Shown: positions 41,236 through 54,087, counted from the stretch's first letter. The stretch is 64,000 bases of DNA from Paraspadella gotoi (GCA_051294375.1 CM119271.1:4181398-4245397), one strand, 5' to 3'. Numbers and translations: made by a program. The notes: a model not told the origin generated them from the sequence alone.

Positions 41236-42120
41236 GAGAGAGGAGAGAGAGAGAGGAGAGAGAGAGAGAGACCACTACAAAACGAAACAGTTGACGAGCG
41301 ACGACTGACGGACGACGACGACGACGACGACACTAACCACTACATTAACAACAACGAGAAAAACTTTCTTCTTCTTCTTCCCGCGCCGACGCCGCCGCGC
41401 CGCCGCCAACGCCCACGCGGCGCCGCCCCAATAAGTGCTGCAGCTCCATCTACTCTTGCTCTGAAAATACTATTATTATCAATCACGACGCAAATTCACA
41501 TAATAACAACAACATCGACATCCGGCCATTTGAAGTGAGACATCTGGTGGGGAGTTATTTACTTTTAAATGAAAAACTAAAGTCTATTAAATCTTTAACT
41601 TGGAAATTACTTAAAAAATGATCCAATTAGTCTAAGATGGCCGCAACATCTGGCCATTTAAAGTGAGCACACTGGACACCTTCATGTCTGGAGAATGCAA
41701 TTTGACGACAAAAAAAAGAGAGACATCAACCAAAACCCGACTCATACATGTGACGACGACGACGATGGTGACATCTCGCACAACAGAAAACGAAATCGAC
41801 CGACGACGACGACGACGACGACGACAACGACGACGGCGGCGACGACAACGACGACAACGACGACGACGACGACAACAACACCGAGGATGAATAAAGTGCC
41901 AAACGTTTGTGAAAAATGAGTCATACACATCGGGGGTTTTGGCCGCGGAGAAAAACGACGACGACGACGATGACGACGACGACGACAGCGAAAACAAGGA
42001 CGAAAACAAGGAAAAAAACAACAACAACAACGACGACTATGATTACGTCGACGACGAAACGGAAAGCTAAGGCGCTCAGCCAAAGTGGGCTGAAGATGAC
42101 TCACCCTTTTAAAAGCTAAG

Positions 42121-42250
42121 GAACGGGTCCTGCACTTGGGACCAGTCCCCAATGGTCGCTACGCCCTCAAGGCGGTCTAGAGCCGACCTCACGCTTCACG
42201 TGAGACAGGAACCTGGTTGGGGTTGAACCCGGTATCACGTGATCGTGATC
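42121..42250 (-). mobile_element. Second copy of the tRNA-SINE-like element (A-box region replaced by an ACG microsatellite)
   Basis: Reverse complement taccgggttcaaccccaacc...gtgaggtcggc...ccttgagggcgtagc...ctggtcccaagtgcaggacccgttc aligns with 32604-32717. Confidence 0.65.
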
Positions 42251-43899
42251 TGACGACGACGACGACGACGACGACTATGAGGACGACGACGACCTCGCGA
42301 CCCTCGAACGCGAATTGTTATGAAGACAAAAGGAGAAAAGGAGACAAAGAAGGAAATTTGGGAATGTGGGAGAGGGAGAGAGAACTTCTTTTTCCTATTT
42401 CTTACATTAAAATACAAAATAGTTCGGGGATGTACACTTTCATTCAACATCTGAACGAGCCTTCAAGTCATGTGGAAATTAGACTGACTGGGGCACCGTC
42501 GAGTCCGTACACGCTGTTCACGTGACGACCAGCGAACCAGATGGGGGTGTGGACGCCGACGCGTTCTCGAGTCGGTCACCGGTTATGAGCAAAACCGTGT
42601 CCTGAACGCCGGTGCCAGAAAGCCGCTCGTTAACATCACCGAGCGATGTATATCGTAACTTCGCCGAAAAATGACCCGTGATCTCGAAGCGGCCAGCGCC
42701 CGCCGTCCAAGGAAGACAAGGTTAAATTTCGGCGCGGGACTGAAAGTGCAGTTGGCGAACGTTTGAAAGGATTTATTGCACGAATCCTATTTTAGAGGTT
42801 GTGAACACAACGTTTTATTAACAAGCAGAGTTTCTGTTCGCCCCTACACCCTCTCTCACGATTTCCCTCAAGACTCGCCCCCCTCTTACTCGGCGAACCG
42901 ATTCGTGGACGATCACTGTGGACGCATCGAAACTTCCGCAAAGGATACCTGCGACTAAAGCCCAAGCGAGCGACAAGTCACGCTCGTCCGGCGCTTGGCC
43001 GATCGGCGGTGGCGAAGCCGTGACGGGGCGAGGGTGAGTGGCGCCGGAAACGACGTCTGAGTGGCGCGTAAGAAGGAACGGTCTTGGATCGGCGCAGCGG
43101 ACGATAGTTAAAAGGGCGGCGCTTCGATCGTGTAACGACGTAAAGTGAATTAGATGGGAAAGCCAAAGGAAATGTACACGAATAGAAAGGGATTGAGGAA
43201 AAGGAATTAAACAGAATTAAGGGGAAGAAAGAAATTCAAAATTGAAAGAATATCGCGAGAAGAAATGAACTGATTCGATAATCAAACGCGAAGTAGTTGA
43301 TATGACTTCGAGCAGTACGACTACGATTACGAGTCGACGACGACGAAGTCAATTGGATCTTCGAAACGAGATCCAGTCGAAACGTCAAATGCTTCTATTG
43401 CGTACTTCGCCACAACGAAGCCTTCGTCGAGAGTCCCGTTGACCACTCCGAAACAATTTTGGAGAAGTTGAAGGAAACCGCAGCGAAATCGGAGTCGAGG
43501 AAAGTCATTTTGAGAAGCGAAGCCGACGAAATTGACTTGAAAACGAAAAGACATCTCACGGATTTGAAGAATTAATGCGATTTCGGTGGATAAAGGCGAC
43601 GAACTGCAAAACGCAGCCCTTCGCTTTATGGCTGCATGTTCTCAAATTATTCACCGTCGCTCGAACGAACTAAACCGGTTTAAGAAGTCAAACGAAAACG
43701 AACAGACTAAGAAAAATTCCAAAACGCGTCAAAAAAATTAGATTCGTTTTCCTCTAAAAGTCGATGTAGAACCTCCAACACTCCGATTTCAGCTCTTCTG
43801 CAATCTCATCAGTCCGACAGATCCCACCATCGTCGCTGCCGAAATCGATGAGTCATTCGACATATGGCGCGAGACACCCTGGCGTCAAACTCGCAACGT

Positions 43900-44520
43900 C
43901 CCGTGTCCATTGTCCTTTCGTCGGGACCTCGTTCGATGAAAACCAAGACCAAGGCCATGCGTCGAAACGTTCACGTCCCGAAAGCACTCCTCTTGCACAG
44001 AGTGCGATCACAGTCCAAGCAAAGCAATCTCAGATTGCATCGACGAATCACGAGAAAGAAATCGAAGAAGGCGCCGTCGACTTCCGCCGTCCCGTCTCCC
44101 TTCAAACCTTCATTCCCCGTCGTCGTCGATCGAGAAACGCTCAGTGCGATCAAATGTACCCTACATACGGCCGCCCGAAACTCCTCCACCTCGAAGCACT
44201 CGTCCGACTCCACTCCACCGACCACGCAACATTTGTGCAGGCGCACTGTGCGCAACTTCAAGCGCGCGCATCAACTGTGTTGCAATCGCCACATGGTCTT
44301 CGAAGGCGACACCCCTTGTCTTTGCGACTCTGAGCGATTTCAGCGCCGCAACGGAGTTTTCGATTGGAAGACACACAAAAGGGAAAAGCATACGAAGAAG
44401 TCGGGAACCCCTCGTACACCACCGTCCCTCCGCTCCCTCCCCTCACCGTACCTCCACGTCGCAACGCCTCTTGAAAGCCATTTCTGGTTCCAAATGAACC
44501 GCGATTCTTCAATGGCCTCT
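43900..44520 (+). pseudogene. Frameshifted zinc-finger array resembling the N-terminus of an R2/NeSL-type (RLE) non-LTR retrotransposon
   Basis: Across frames: HCPFVGTSF..H, IKC..LEALVRLHSTDH, C(R)..RNFKRAHQLCC..H and CD..RFQRRNG...HKREKH. No RT follows. Confidence 0.4.
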
Positions 44521-45869
44521 CCACCAACGTAGTTGCTGCTTGTTCCAGATGTCGTGTGGTCCACAAGAAAAAATCAGAAAGATAACGAAAGCAGGATCCT
44601 CCTGCCTTCTCCTCCTGCTCTTCCTCTCTCAGATACAGCTCAGCGAAAGCGAACGCCATCGAAAGTTCACTCAGTCACAAGACCCCTCTGAGCAGAGACC
44701 CACGCACGAGCCCGACAGTAAAAACGGAAAAAGGTCTGTGCTCCAACCAATCTGCACGAGAATGACAGATCCACTCCTTGCAAAAGTGTCCGTCGCCTAC
44801 GCGGTCGATGCCAGGCGCGTTGACTGTATCTCCAAAAGCTCGACTTGAGAATCCGCACTGAAAAACGTTGGAGAGATATGGACACATAAGGAGGCGATGG
44901 ACGAAGTAAAGGAAGGAATCGGCTGAGGTCCGGCAAATCCTGAAACGAACACAGAAGCCAAAAAACCAAACAAGAGACTGGCAGACGACCACGCTTGATG
45001 CCATGCTATGTCTAGGATTCCAAGACGAAAAGCAGGGACAAGAAAAAACGAAAAGCTGAACAGCGTAGGGAATATATGGAAGGCACAAAAGAACATGGCA
45101 GCAGCAAATCCATGTGACCAGAGAGCACAACGAAACGAGAAGAACAACACCTAACTGTCAAAGTCCTCTGCTGTGACAGAGGCAGGGATAGCAAGAAGGA
45201 AGAAGAAGTATGAAGACTAGCCTCAAAAGAAAGGAGCCGAGAAGAGAAGAGAGAGGCACGAGAGAAGTAAATACAAAAATCGCAAGAGACTGGGCGCGAC
45301 GACTAGAGAGGAGAGAGAGCGCCAAGCAGAGGGAGAGCAATGCAGGACTAACAGCAGAGAGAGAGAGGAGGATTAGACTTAGAGAGCGAGACATCGACAA
45401 ACTGGTGGAGAAAAGAAAGCGAAATGACAATAAAATGAAAATGACCAAGAAAACTGAATAAATGAACATGACAATGAAGATGAAATGAAATGAACAATGC
45501 AAAGTGAAAGAAAATGAGTCAAACGGTAGGAAAGGAAACAAAAAGCGACCCGTCACGGAAACGGACAAAGATTCAGAGACGGAAGAAGGCCAAAAGAGGA
45601 AATGAAGAGCGAAACAAATGGGAACGACAATCTAGATAAACACGATAGACGAGAAATTGCGCGTGGACATTCCGAGGAACTTGCAAATTCACTTGTGCTA
45701 TAATAACTATAGCGAGTACCGGTCGACGTCGCTGAGGCGAAACTAGTTAGCAGAGAGATAACTGTTCTGCGAAAAACGGCTTCAAAAGCGGCCTGAAGTC
45801 CTCAAAGCCACCTCGTACTGCTGACAGGCAAACGAGTCAAAAACAGCTTATTTTTTTATTTGCTATTCC

Positions 45870-46700
45870 GCCCCCAGAGCCCTGTCGTACGGGAATCCTC
45901 GATGTCCCCCTGATGCCTAGCAGAGGGCGTGTGAATGATTATTGAACAACAGCTGAGTTTGTTGAGGTCCGAGACCCTGCCGCGCCCCCCTACCATCAAT
46001 TCTCCCTCACGACCGAACCACACTGTAGGCCGATCTCGAAGAGCTTGGTCGATACCATTCTCCGGCTTGCCAACACTCAATCGACGAGACCTACCGGAGA
46101 ACGCAAAAACTCCAACACCCGATCAGAGTCTCACTACAACAGCGCTAAACCCGACTCTCTGGTGCCCTCTGCCAAAAGCTCTCATCCACGAAGAATCCCC
46201 TGGCCCCCTCCAACCTGACGCATCACACTTCGGGATCCAATCTGGGAAGGAAACCACGTAACCCTTCGAAAACCAAACTTGAATTCTTTGCAGGTCGTCA
46301 TTCCCCAGTCCGAGAGAATTCCTCCTCCTCATCTCTCCAAAGAAGTCAGTCGAAGTCAACTGATCGGGTCAATCCGCGTCAGTCGTGATCGTCAGGTCGC
46401 TAATACAGGATCGTAATCTGGGGCGCAAAATGTAACGCCAGAGTTAACGCTGGAACCATCCTGTCGAAAAACTTGGGGAAGAGCACTCAGCTCCAATGCT
46501 GAACAGCTCCTCTCTGAGTATCTAGTATGACTTTCCCTGCGAGCACGCCCGACAAATTCTCCTCCGACGAAGACTTCGTCCCCACAACGTGATACGTCCA
46601 TGAGCGACATGAGCCAGAAGGAGCAGAATCCCTGCACACCACTTCGGAAGAGCCGAGAACCGAGACCTGCAGCAGCGGCGGAGACAACACCCAGCAGATC
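45870..46700 (-). pseudogene. Tyrosine recombinase domain of the DIRS-type element (frameshifted)
   Basis: QGFCSFW N-terminal-like segment, FFGEMRRRNSLGLGNDDL (box I, G-x-R-x-x-E-L-like), WIPKCD (KTD-like) and GSVREG (HSxRxG-like, weak). Confidence 0.5.
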
Positions 46701-46940
46701 ACTACACTCGATCGTCTTAAGCCACTAAAGAGACTTTGCACCCTGTGCGATTCTGTTCCCGGAAGCGCAACGACAGTGAACTTGAGTCACACACTGAACG
46801 TCCTCTCAAACACTCAATATGGAAGATGGCCATGCCAACAGCCGCAACATCCCCCACAAGTCCCCGGTGAAAGCCCCGGCGAAAAAACAGAGAAGCCCCA
46901 AACCTCCGGGACGGGCATCGGTCGCAACCATCGCGTGCAA
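46520..46940 (-). pseudogene. RNase H domain of the DIRS-type element, overlapping the YR start
   Basis: VATDARPGGLG (TDAS..GWG), HIECL (HINxLE) and GCKVSLVA*DD (V.l.sDN). Confidence 0.7.
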
Positions 46941-47249
46941 AGAAATCCGGGAGACATCGGCGATCGCAGCAAAGCAATCCTGGATCTCCGCGTTTGACTC
47001 CCACGCCAGCTCCACTTTCTCGCCGCCTCCGAAAGAAGGACTGCTCTTCACTCAGAATCCTTCTCCGGTGAGTAGACCGATTGACGTCGCGTTGAAGCTG
47101 TGCCGCCCTCAGCGAAATGAGCCGCGAACGCCTAAACCTGAGCCTGCGGTGCGACAAGACAACAGCAAAGAACCTTGACATGCTGATCGACGTGCTCTAA
47201 GCAGGAAGTGCAGAGCGGCCATCTCGCGAAGTGATAAAAATCTTCGCAA

Positions 47250-48010
47250 CGGGAGCGACAAACCGATGAAAGCGCACCCGTCACCCATGGCGAAGACCAA
47301 AGACTGAAAACTGCCGTCGAATACCAAACTGACTCTGGATGGATGATGAAGCCCACCTTCAAGAGTCGAAAGCTGTGAAGGTTCACCAGACACTCCCCTT
47401 GCGAGGCCCCAGTCATCAGAATATCGTCTATGTAGAACAAGCAAGCTGAGCCCTCTTCCGGAGCCAGGCGACTACGGGCGTGTCGTCTTGGGTGAAAGCC
47501 ATAGGACGGGTTGCCAAACGAAAGGAAGGAACTTGTATGGATAAACGCGCCTCGATCCAAATGAACCGACAAAACTTGCGAGAATCCCCGCATATATAGG
47601 CAAGTGGAGATGCGTCAGCGAAGAATCGATGACACCCATATCCCCCGAAGACCATCCCTTCACCAGAACATCTTGACAACTCCATCGAAAGTAAGGAGGA
47701 CAATGAGACCTGTTGAGCTCTTCAAATTAGAATTGGCCCTCATCCCCATCTTTTTGGATACCAGAAAAATCTTGAATAATATCGCCGGAGAAGCCTCCCC
47801 CCACGCACCCTTTTCCAAAGCTGCCGCTATCCTCGTCGCGTGAAGATCCCCTGCCCAAAAGAAGGTCTCGCCGAAGAAGGCATTCCTGTAGGAACCTGTT
47901 CGCTCTCCTGCAATGAGAATCCTTCAACGTTTGTAGAATACGGAATCCTTCCGATGTCCAAATCCGCCAAAAAGGACGAAGTTGTTGCAAGCGCCCTCCA
48001 CCGCGAAAGT
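47250..48010 (-). pseudogene. Reverse transcriptase domain of the DIRS-type element (frameshifted)
   Basis: GGRLQQLRPFWRIWTS, LEKGA, IFLVSKK..NLK, ID...HLHLPI, YKFLPF, KTTRP/VVAWLR, YIDDIL and GFIIHPE occur in canonical order. Confidence 0.9.
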
Positions 48011-49900
48011 GCGGAAGACGGCCGAGAAGAAAAAAATCGAGTCCTGGACAGTCCATGGTCGGATTCCAAAGTGGCGGACGAGGCGACGGCCGAGGGGCTC
48101 AGACGAACGCACTTGGATCCTTCGACCCGCCCCATCCCCTTTCCGAACGCTAAAAGGAAAGGACGCGGACTTGCGATAAGGCTTGTAGGAACCCCTGGAC
48201 TAGCAAAGAACCTATTCCGCGGAACTGCATTACATTTTTCGGGGCGATAACTGAGCCTTGAAAGAAGAGGAAGGATAGCCGCCGAAACTCCTCGTCGATT
48301 CCCAAAATAAAACCACAGAAGGAGGGAATCCGTCAGGTAGCTTAAGGCTCTCTTCGGAGAAGAACGCATATCCAGACGTCGGATCAGCCAAGCTGAATAA
48401 AAAGAGCGCCCGACATTGAAGCGCATCCTTGATGGACAGCCAAATCTCCAATCCAAAATCAGTTCGGATCTGCGCCGAAGCGAAGACGCAAAAATAAATT
48501 TCAGGCCTTCTGGCAGTGTGAAGGACAGAAGACTACGGCCCCAGCATCCCCAATGCGAAACGAACTCTTAAAAAGAGCAGCCGATTTGCGGATCCTTGGA
48601 AACGGCATCAAATTGTGCAGAGACGACAAGTAATCCTTCTGGAGGTCCAAAAACAGCAGAGAAGATCCATCAAACCCAACCGAGCATAAATTAGATCTGC
48701 GTTGACCGCCCGGTCTTCGCTCCCAAAGCCTGGCGAAGCCGCCCCGGAAGAACCAACAAACCCTCCTCTCCATTGCATGACAGAACAACACCGCAGCCCG
48801 GAAAGGAAACTGAAGTGCAAAGTTGCGTTGGGGAATAAAGTCTCAATCCACGGAGCTCAAGAAGTGGAAGGAGTTTTCCTTCCTACCGAACACAGATAAT
48901 TCATCGTCACCGGTCAACTAGCCATAACAAGCGGTGATTGAGACGAACTAACTCCAATATCGCGATCAGGCAAAGAGTCGGGTATAGCAGGAACAGCCTT
49001 GGCGCAGAAGCGCCGACTTGATCAGGAACGAATCCAGCAAGCACATAAAGGTGTGCGCCAACGTGAATCCAAGCCAATGAATCGATAAATAGAAAAGGAA
49101 AAACCGACAAAACGCCTTAATCACCGCAACCAAAAACAAAACCAGCCGCTCACCGTGGTAACACGGCGGAGAACACCAAGTGGAAGACCCTGACACCTTT
49201 CCCCCCTATTATCGAACCAGAAATATCATATCGACCATGAAGCTCGGTTATCTATGAGGAAATGAAATCATCATCTATATATTTTCTCTTTTTTTTTGCG
49301 GTCCGGATGAACAATAATCCAGACGGACAGACGGACAAGNNNNNNNNNNNNNNNNNNNNNNNNNGAGAGAGAAGAGAGAGAAGAGAGACGAGAGATGAGA
49401 GATTGAGAGAAGAATGAGTAGGGAGAGAAGATTAGAGATAGCATCGCGCCCGAAGCTTCCGATCGCGCGCAGCTACTGATTGTAGAGTCTTGAGAAAGAG
49501 AGAAAAGAGATTTGAGAGAGTGAAGATGACAGATATGTGATGTGAGGTGAGTAAAATGGGTGCGAGAAAAGAAAGCGAATATGGAAAATGAAAATGAAAT
49601 GAAATGAAAAGAAATGAAATGAAATGAGAATGAAATGAAATGAAATGAAATGAAATGAAATGAAATGAAAGGAAAATGGGATAGGAAACCGGTAACGGGA
49701 AAAGAAAAGCAACAAGGGAAGGAATGAAACTCAGTAAAAGGAAAAAGAAAGAACAGGAAAAAAACCCAAACTCATCACTTTATGAACAAGAAGAAAAGAC
49801 ATAACACCGCAGATTCTGAACTTCGATCGGCGAGAATGTATATGTTCAAGAATGCTTACCAAAGCATTTTTTCCTCTCCTCGTCTGTCAGCTATATCCTG

Positions 49901-49994
<94 letters not shown>

Positions 49995-50179
49995 TTCAGT
50001 GTCGAACAATGTCCGGGGATTTAGTTCCAGCTGCCCTCTTATTCATGATTTCCCTCCGACCGAAGTCGCCAACAGAAAACCCCCCCTCCACAGCTCTTCG
50101 CCACTTTCCCCCCACCTCCATCCCTGATTACTCTCACCCCTCCACCCCGCCTCTTCCCACCCAACCCCCCGCCTCTCTC

Positions 50180-50312
50180 TTTATCGAACCAGAATATATG
50201 ATATTCTGACATGAGCTGGTTATTATGAGGAAATGAAACTCATCTCTAATTATTTTCTCTTTTTTTTTTGCGGGTCCGGATGAAAATATCTGCAGACGGA
50301 CAGACGGACAAG
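50180..50312 (+). repeat. Direct duplicate of 49208-49339 on the other side of a 25-N gap
   Basis: ttatcgaaccagaa...atgaggaaatgaaa...gtccggatgaa...cagacggacagacggacaag occurs in both; differences are mostly indels. Confidence 0.9.
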
Positions 50313-50505
50313 GACGGACTCGCGCGATCCGTAAACTAGATTGAGAAGAAAGAGGCTGAAGGGAGATTGGATCTCTCTCTTGGACAAGACGGACTCGCGA
50401 TCCGATTTAATACTAGAGGTTTGGAGGAAGAAAGAGGCTGAAGGGAAGATTGGGATGGAACTCGTGACGGGGATGGAGGCAATGGAATAAGATATTCGAG
50501 GGTTC

Positions 50506-50824
50506 TTAGTTGCGCCGCGAGTACTCGGTCTGTCGGTCGGACTGTCGGTCGGTCGGTCGGTTAGTATCTATATAATTCGTCTTTACTTGGTTGTTCATTT
50601 GTTAAGACAGGAAAAAAACCTCAAATCTAAGGGACTGCAAGCACCGCCTTCTGGAAATCCTAAAACTATAAAGAAAAAAGATGGAATTCCGATGCAGTGC
50701 ATGTTATAAATACACGGGCTTAGAAAGTTTTTAAGTCATGTCATGTCTTATCATGTGATCAAAAGGAAATACACGTGAAAATAAAGTGACTGCGGCGCAA
50801 CACATTGGAGTCACCGTTCTTGTT
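50506..50824 (+). mobile_element. HINE-like copy 6
   Basis: ttagttgcgccgcgagtactcg, (GGTC)n, core, and ctgcggcgcaacacattggagtcaccgttcttgtt. Confidence 0.85.
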
Positions 50825-52816
50825 TGTTATGATTCCTTCTCCTTATTCATTTACTTTTTCAATTATTTTTTTTTTAAATTTGGATAAACTTTATACAATA
50901 TCCATTCATTTAATAAATAAGTTATCTTTCCAATCTATGGTTGTTAAACTATGTAACTTAGCCTTTTGTCAAAATATTAATGTTAATTTTTAACTCTTAT
51001 ACATAGTTATAAATTTGCTAAACTATTTGAAATGATCTATTCATCGCTCCGGACCGTCATGAGAGTCCGAACGTCCGACTTTGTCCCCTTTTTTCAAATA
51101 TGGCGCCGACGGAGACGAGTGGGCGTGTCCGAGCGACGCCCTCGCTCGGACTCCGTCCTGCGTCAAAGTCGTGAAAGGCCTTCGTGATGTTGCTGTTGTT
51201 GTGGGCGTCGTCGCTGTAGTAGGAATTGATGGAGGAGTCGGTTTTCGTGTTTCTTCTTCCGATGTGTGGGGGATTTTTCTTTTTCATGTTGTTTCTTTGT
51301 TGTTCTTAATGTTCTTACTTTTGTTTAATAGTTTGTATTTTGTTGTATTTTATTTTCGTCTGAACTTTGCCTACTTCCTTCATTGATACTTATGACTATT
51401 GTAAAAAACTTAGTTTAAATAGCCAATTTTTTAAACCCCTTAAATTCATTTTATAGTGTTTACGCGTTTTACTCTGATGATGATGCCGACGATGACGACG
51501 ATAATGACGATGACGACGATAATAACGACGACGACGATAATAACGACGACGACGATAATNNNNNNNNNNNNNNNNNNNNNNNNNNNNNNNNNNNNNNNNN
51601 NNNNNNNNNNNNNNNNNNNNNNNNNNNNNNNNNNNNNNNNNNNNNNNNNNNNNNNNNNNNNNNNNNNNNNNNNNNNNNNNNNNNNNNNNNNNNNNNNNNN
51701 NNNNNNNNNNNNNNNNNNNNNNNNNNNNNNNNNNNNNNNNNNNNNNNNNNNNNNNNNNNNNNNNNNNNNNNNNNNNNNNNNNNNNNNNNNNNNNNNNNNN
51801 NNNNNNNNNNNNNNNNNNNNNNNNNNNNNNNNNNNNNNNNNNNNNNNNNNNNNNNNNNNNNNNNNNNNNNNNNNNNNNNNNNNNNNNNNNNNNNNNNNNN
51901 NNNNNNNNNNNNNNNNNNNNNNNNNNNNNNNNNNNNNNNNNNNNNNNNNNNNNNNNNNNNNNNNNNNNNNNNNNNNNNNNNNNNNNNNNNNNNNNNNNNN
52001 NNNNNNNNNNNNNNNNNNNNNNNNNNNNNNNNNNNNNNNNNNNNNNNNNNNNNNNNNNNNNGAATACAAGACGTTTGTTATGTATAAATTTTTTAGCCAT
52101 GTAGTCATGTTATCACTGAAAAAAATATATTTGCCGTTTTGACTTCTGATATAAATCATAAATGATAATGATAAATTATTTTTCTGAACGATTCCCTAAC
52201 CATTCACACCCATATATTCTTTCCGTGATTCCATTTTCTTTACCCATTTTTCATTTTCTATCATCAACTATCGAATGTACCTGACATTTCGCTTTGACTC
52301 TTTCTCTCATTCCATCTCTTTCGATCTCAAATGTCATGTTAACGTCATTTATGGAGAAACGCTTTGTCATTTCGTTTGATCTCAGTTCGTTGACCCTTGG
52401 TCTCTCTCTATCTTTCGCTCTATCTCTCTCTCTCTCACTCTATTTCTCTCTCTGTCTCTCTCTCTCTCTGAGCGAGGGTTAGTTTACGAGATTTTNNNNN
52501 NNNNNNNNNNNNNNNNNNNNNNNNNNNNNNNNNNNNNNNNNNNNNNNNNNNNNNNNNNNNNNNNNNNNNNNNNNNNNNNNNNNNNNNNNNNNNNNNNNNN
52601 NNNNNNNNNNNNNNNNNNNNNNNNNNNNNNNNNNNNNNNNNNNNNNNNNNNNNNNNNNNNNNNNNNNNNNNNNNNNNNNNNNNNNNNNNNNNNNNNNNNN
52701 NNNNNNNNNNNNNNNNNNNNNNNNNNNNNNNNNNNNNNNNATCATGATTTCATATTTTGCAACATTTTTATTCATTTTATATTTCCTTAGTTTTTTTTCA
52801 CTATCATTTCTTCCAC

Positions 52817-52848
<32 letters not shown>

Positions 52849-53851
52849 TTCCTCATAGGACAATATTTATTTCTATTCAATACATTTATATACTATTTAA
52901 TTCATTTTTATTTGAGAATCATTCATTAAAACTGGTTTACTTTTCTCTCAAGGTGTCGCTCTTTTCTACTTTTTTATTTTTTTAACTCCCTCTTTATGAA
53001 GCTGGTCATTCTCTTTCTATTTTATTCAAACATCAGCTCTTTACTTTCCTCCCTTTCACTCTCTTCTTGTCTCCCTCACTTTGTCTCTCCTCTCCTCTCC
53101 TTCTCTTTCTCTCTATTTTCCTCTCCTTCTCCCTCCTTTTCTCTCTCCCCTTCTCTTCCTCCCTTTTTCTCTCCCATTTTCTCCCTCCCATTTTCTCTCC
53201 TCTTCTATCCCTCCCTCTTTCTCTCCTTTTCTCTCCCTTCCTTTCTCTTCCTCTCCTCTCCCTCTCTCTTCTTTTCATATTTCCCTCTCTCTTTAAACAT
53301 CATCAGCCTCACAAACTTTTTCCTGCTGAGCCTCACGTCGTGACTCAAGCGGATTCAGTCTGCGAAATAAGCACACGCACAAGTCTGTACGTGCTCTCTC
53401 TCTCTCTNNNNNNNNNNNNNNNNNNNNNNNNNNNNNNNNNNNNNNNNNNNNNNNNNNNNNNNNNNNNNNNNNNNNNNNNNNNNNNNNNNNNNNNNNNNNN
53501 NNNNNNNNNNNNNNNNNNNNNNNNNNNNNNNNNNNNNNNNNNNNNNNNNNNNNNNNNTTGGCGTCGTGAGTTCACAAGACTCGTGACACCTGCGTCGCCG
53601 TCGACACGCGATCGTCATCGTCACATCTTTGTGACGATCGTGAAATTATAAACGTTGTGAAATTGCTGTTCGTAAATGGCTGGGTTAAATTATCGCAGAG
53701 AGCCTTTCCATAATTTACTTCAAAATATTTAATAACTAGATAACTAAAAAAAGTTTTAAAAAAATTCCTTTTAACACCATTACCCTCGTGACTTAAAATA
53801 AACGTCAACGACAACAGAAATTCTTCATTTAGTTCCTTCCACTTCTTAAAT

Positions 53852-53891
<40 letters not shown>

Positions 53892-54087
53892 TTTTTAACG
53901 TCATTCATCTCACTTATTTTCTTTTCTTTTCCACTTTTTTTTTTCACTCATATTTTCTTTCTTTGTTATTTGTTTTCATTCACTTTATTTTTCTTTTAAT
54001 TTTTCTTTCTTTACTAGAAAATTTTTCACATTTCCCGTCTTTCATTTTTTTCGTTTAATTCCCTCATCGTTTCTTTTCCTCAGCGTC

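Larger units (their letters stand above)
45720..49200 (-). mobile_element. DIRS-type (tyrosine recombinase) retrotransposon, indel-disrupted as assembled
   Basis: GC-rich block with ordered gag-like region, RT, RNase H and YR motifs on the minus strand; termini not resolved. Confidence 0.85.

Noticed and set aside
42640-42775. hAT transposase dimerisation-domain relic (..K*PVISK...SAVGERL)
   Set aside because: It needs frame changes and has too few matching residues to support.
43770-43820. Hammerhead ribozyme core on the minus strand (CTGATGA...GAAA)
   Set aside because: Stem II (gattgcagaagagct) does not pair, and stems I and III could not be built.
51396-52159. ORFs spanning N runs (also 190-899, 28356-28969 and 32831-33524)
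   Set aside because: Their length comes from assembly gaps translated as X.
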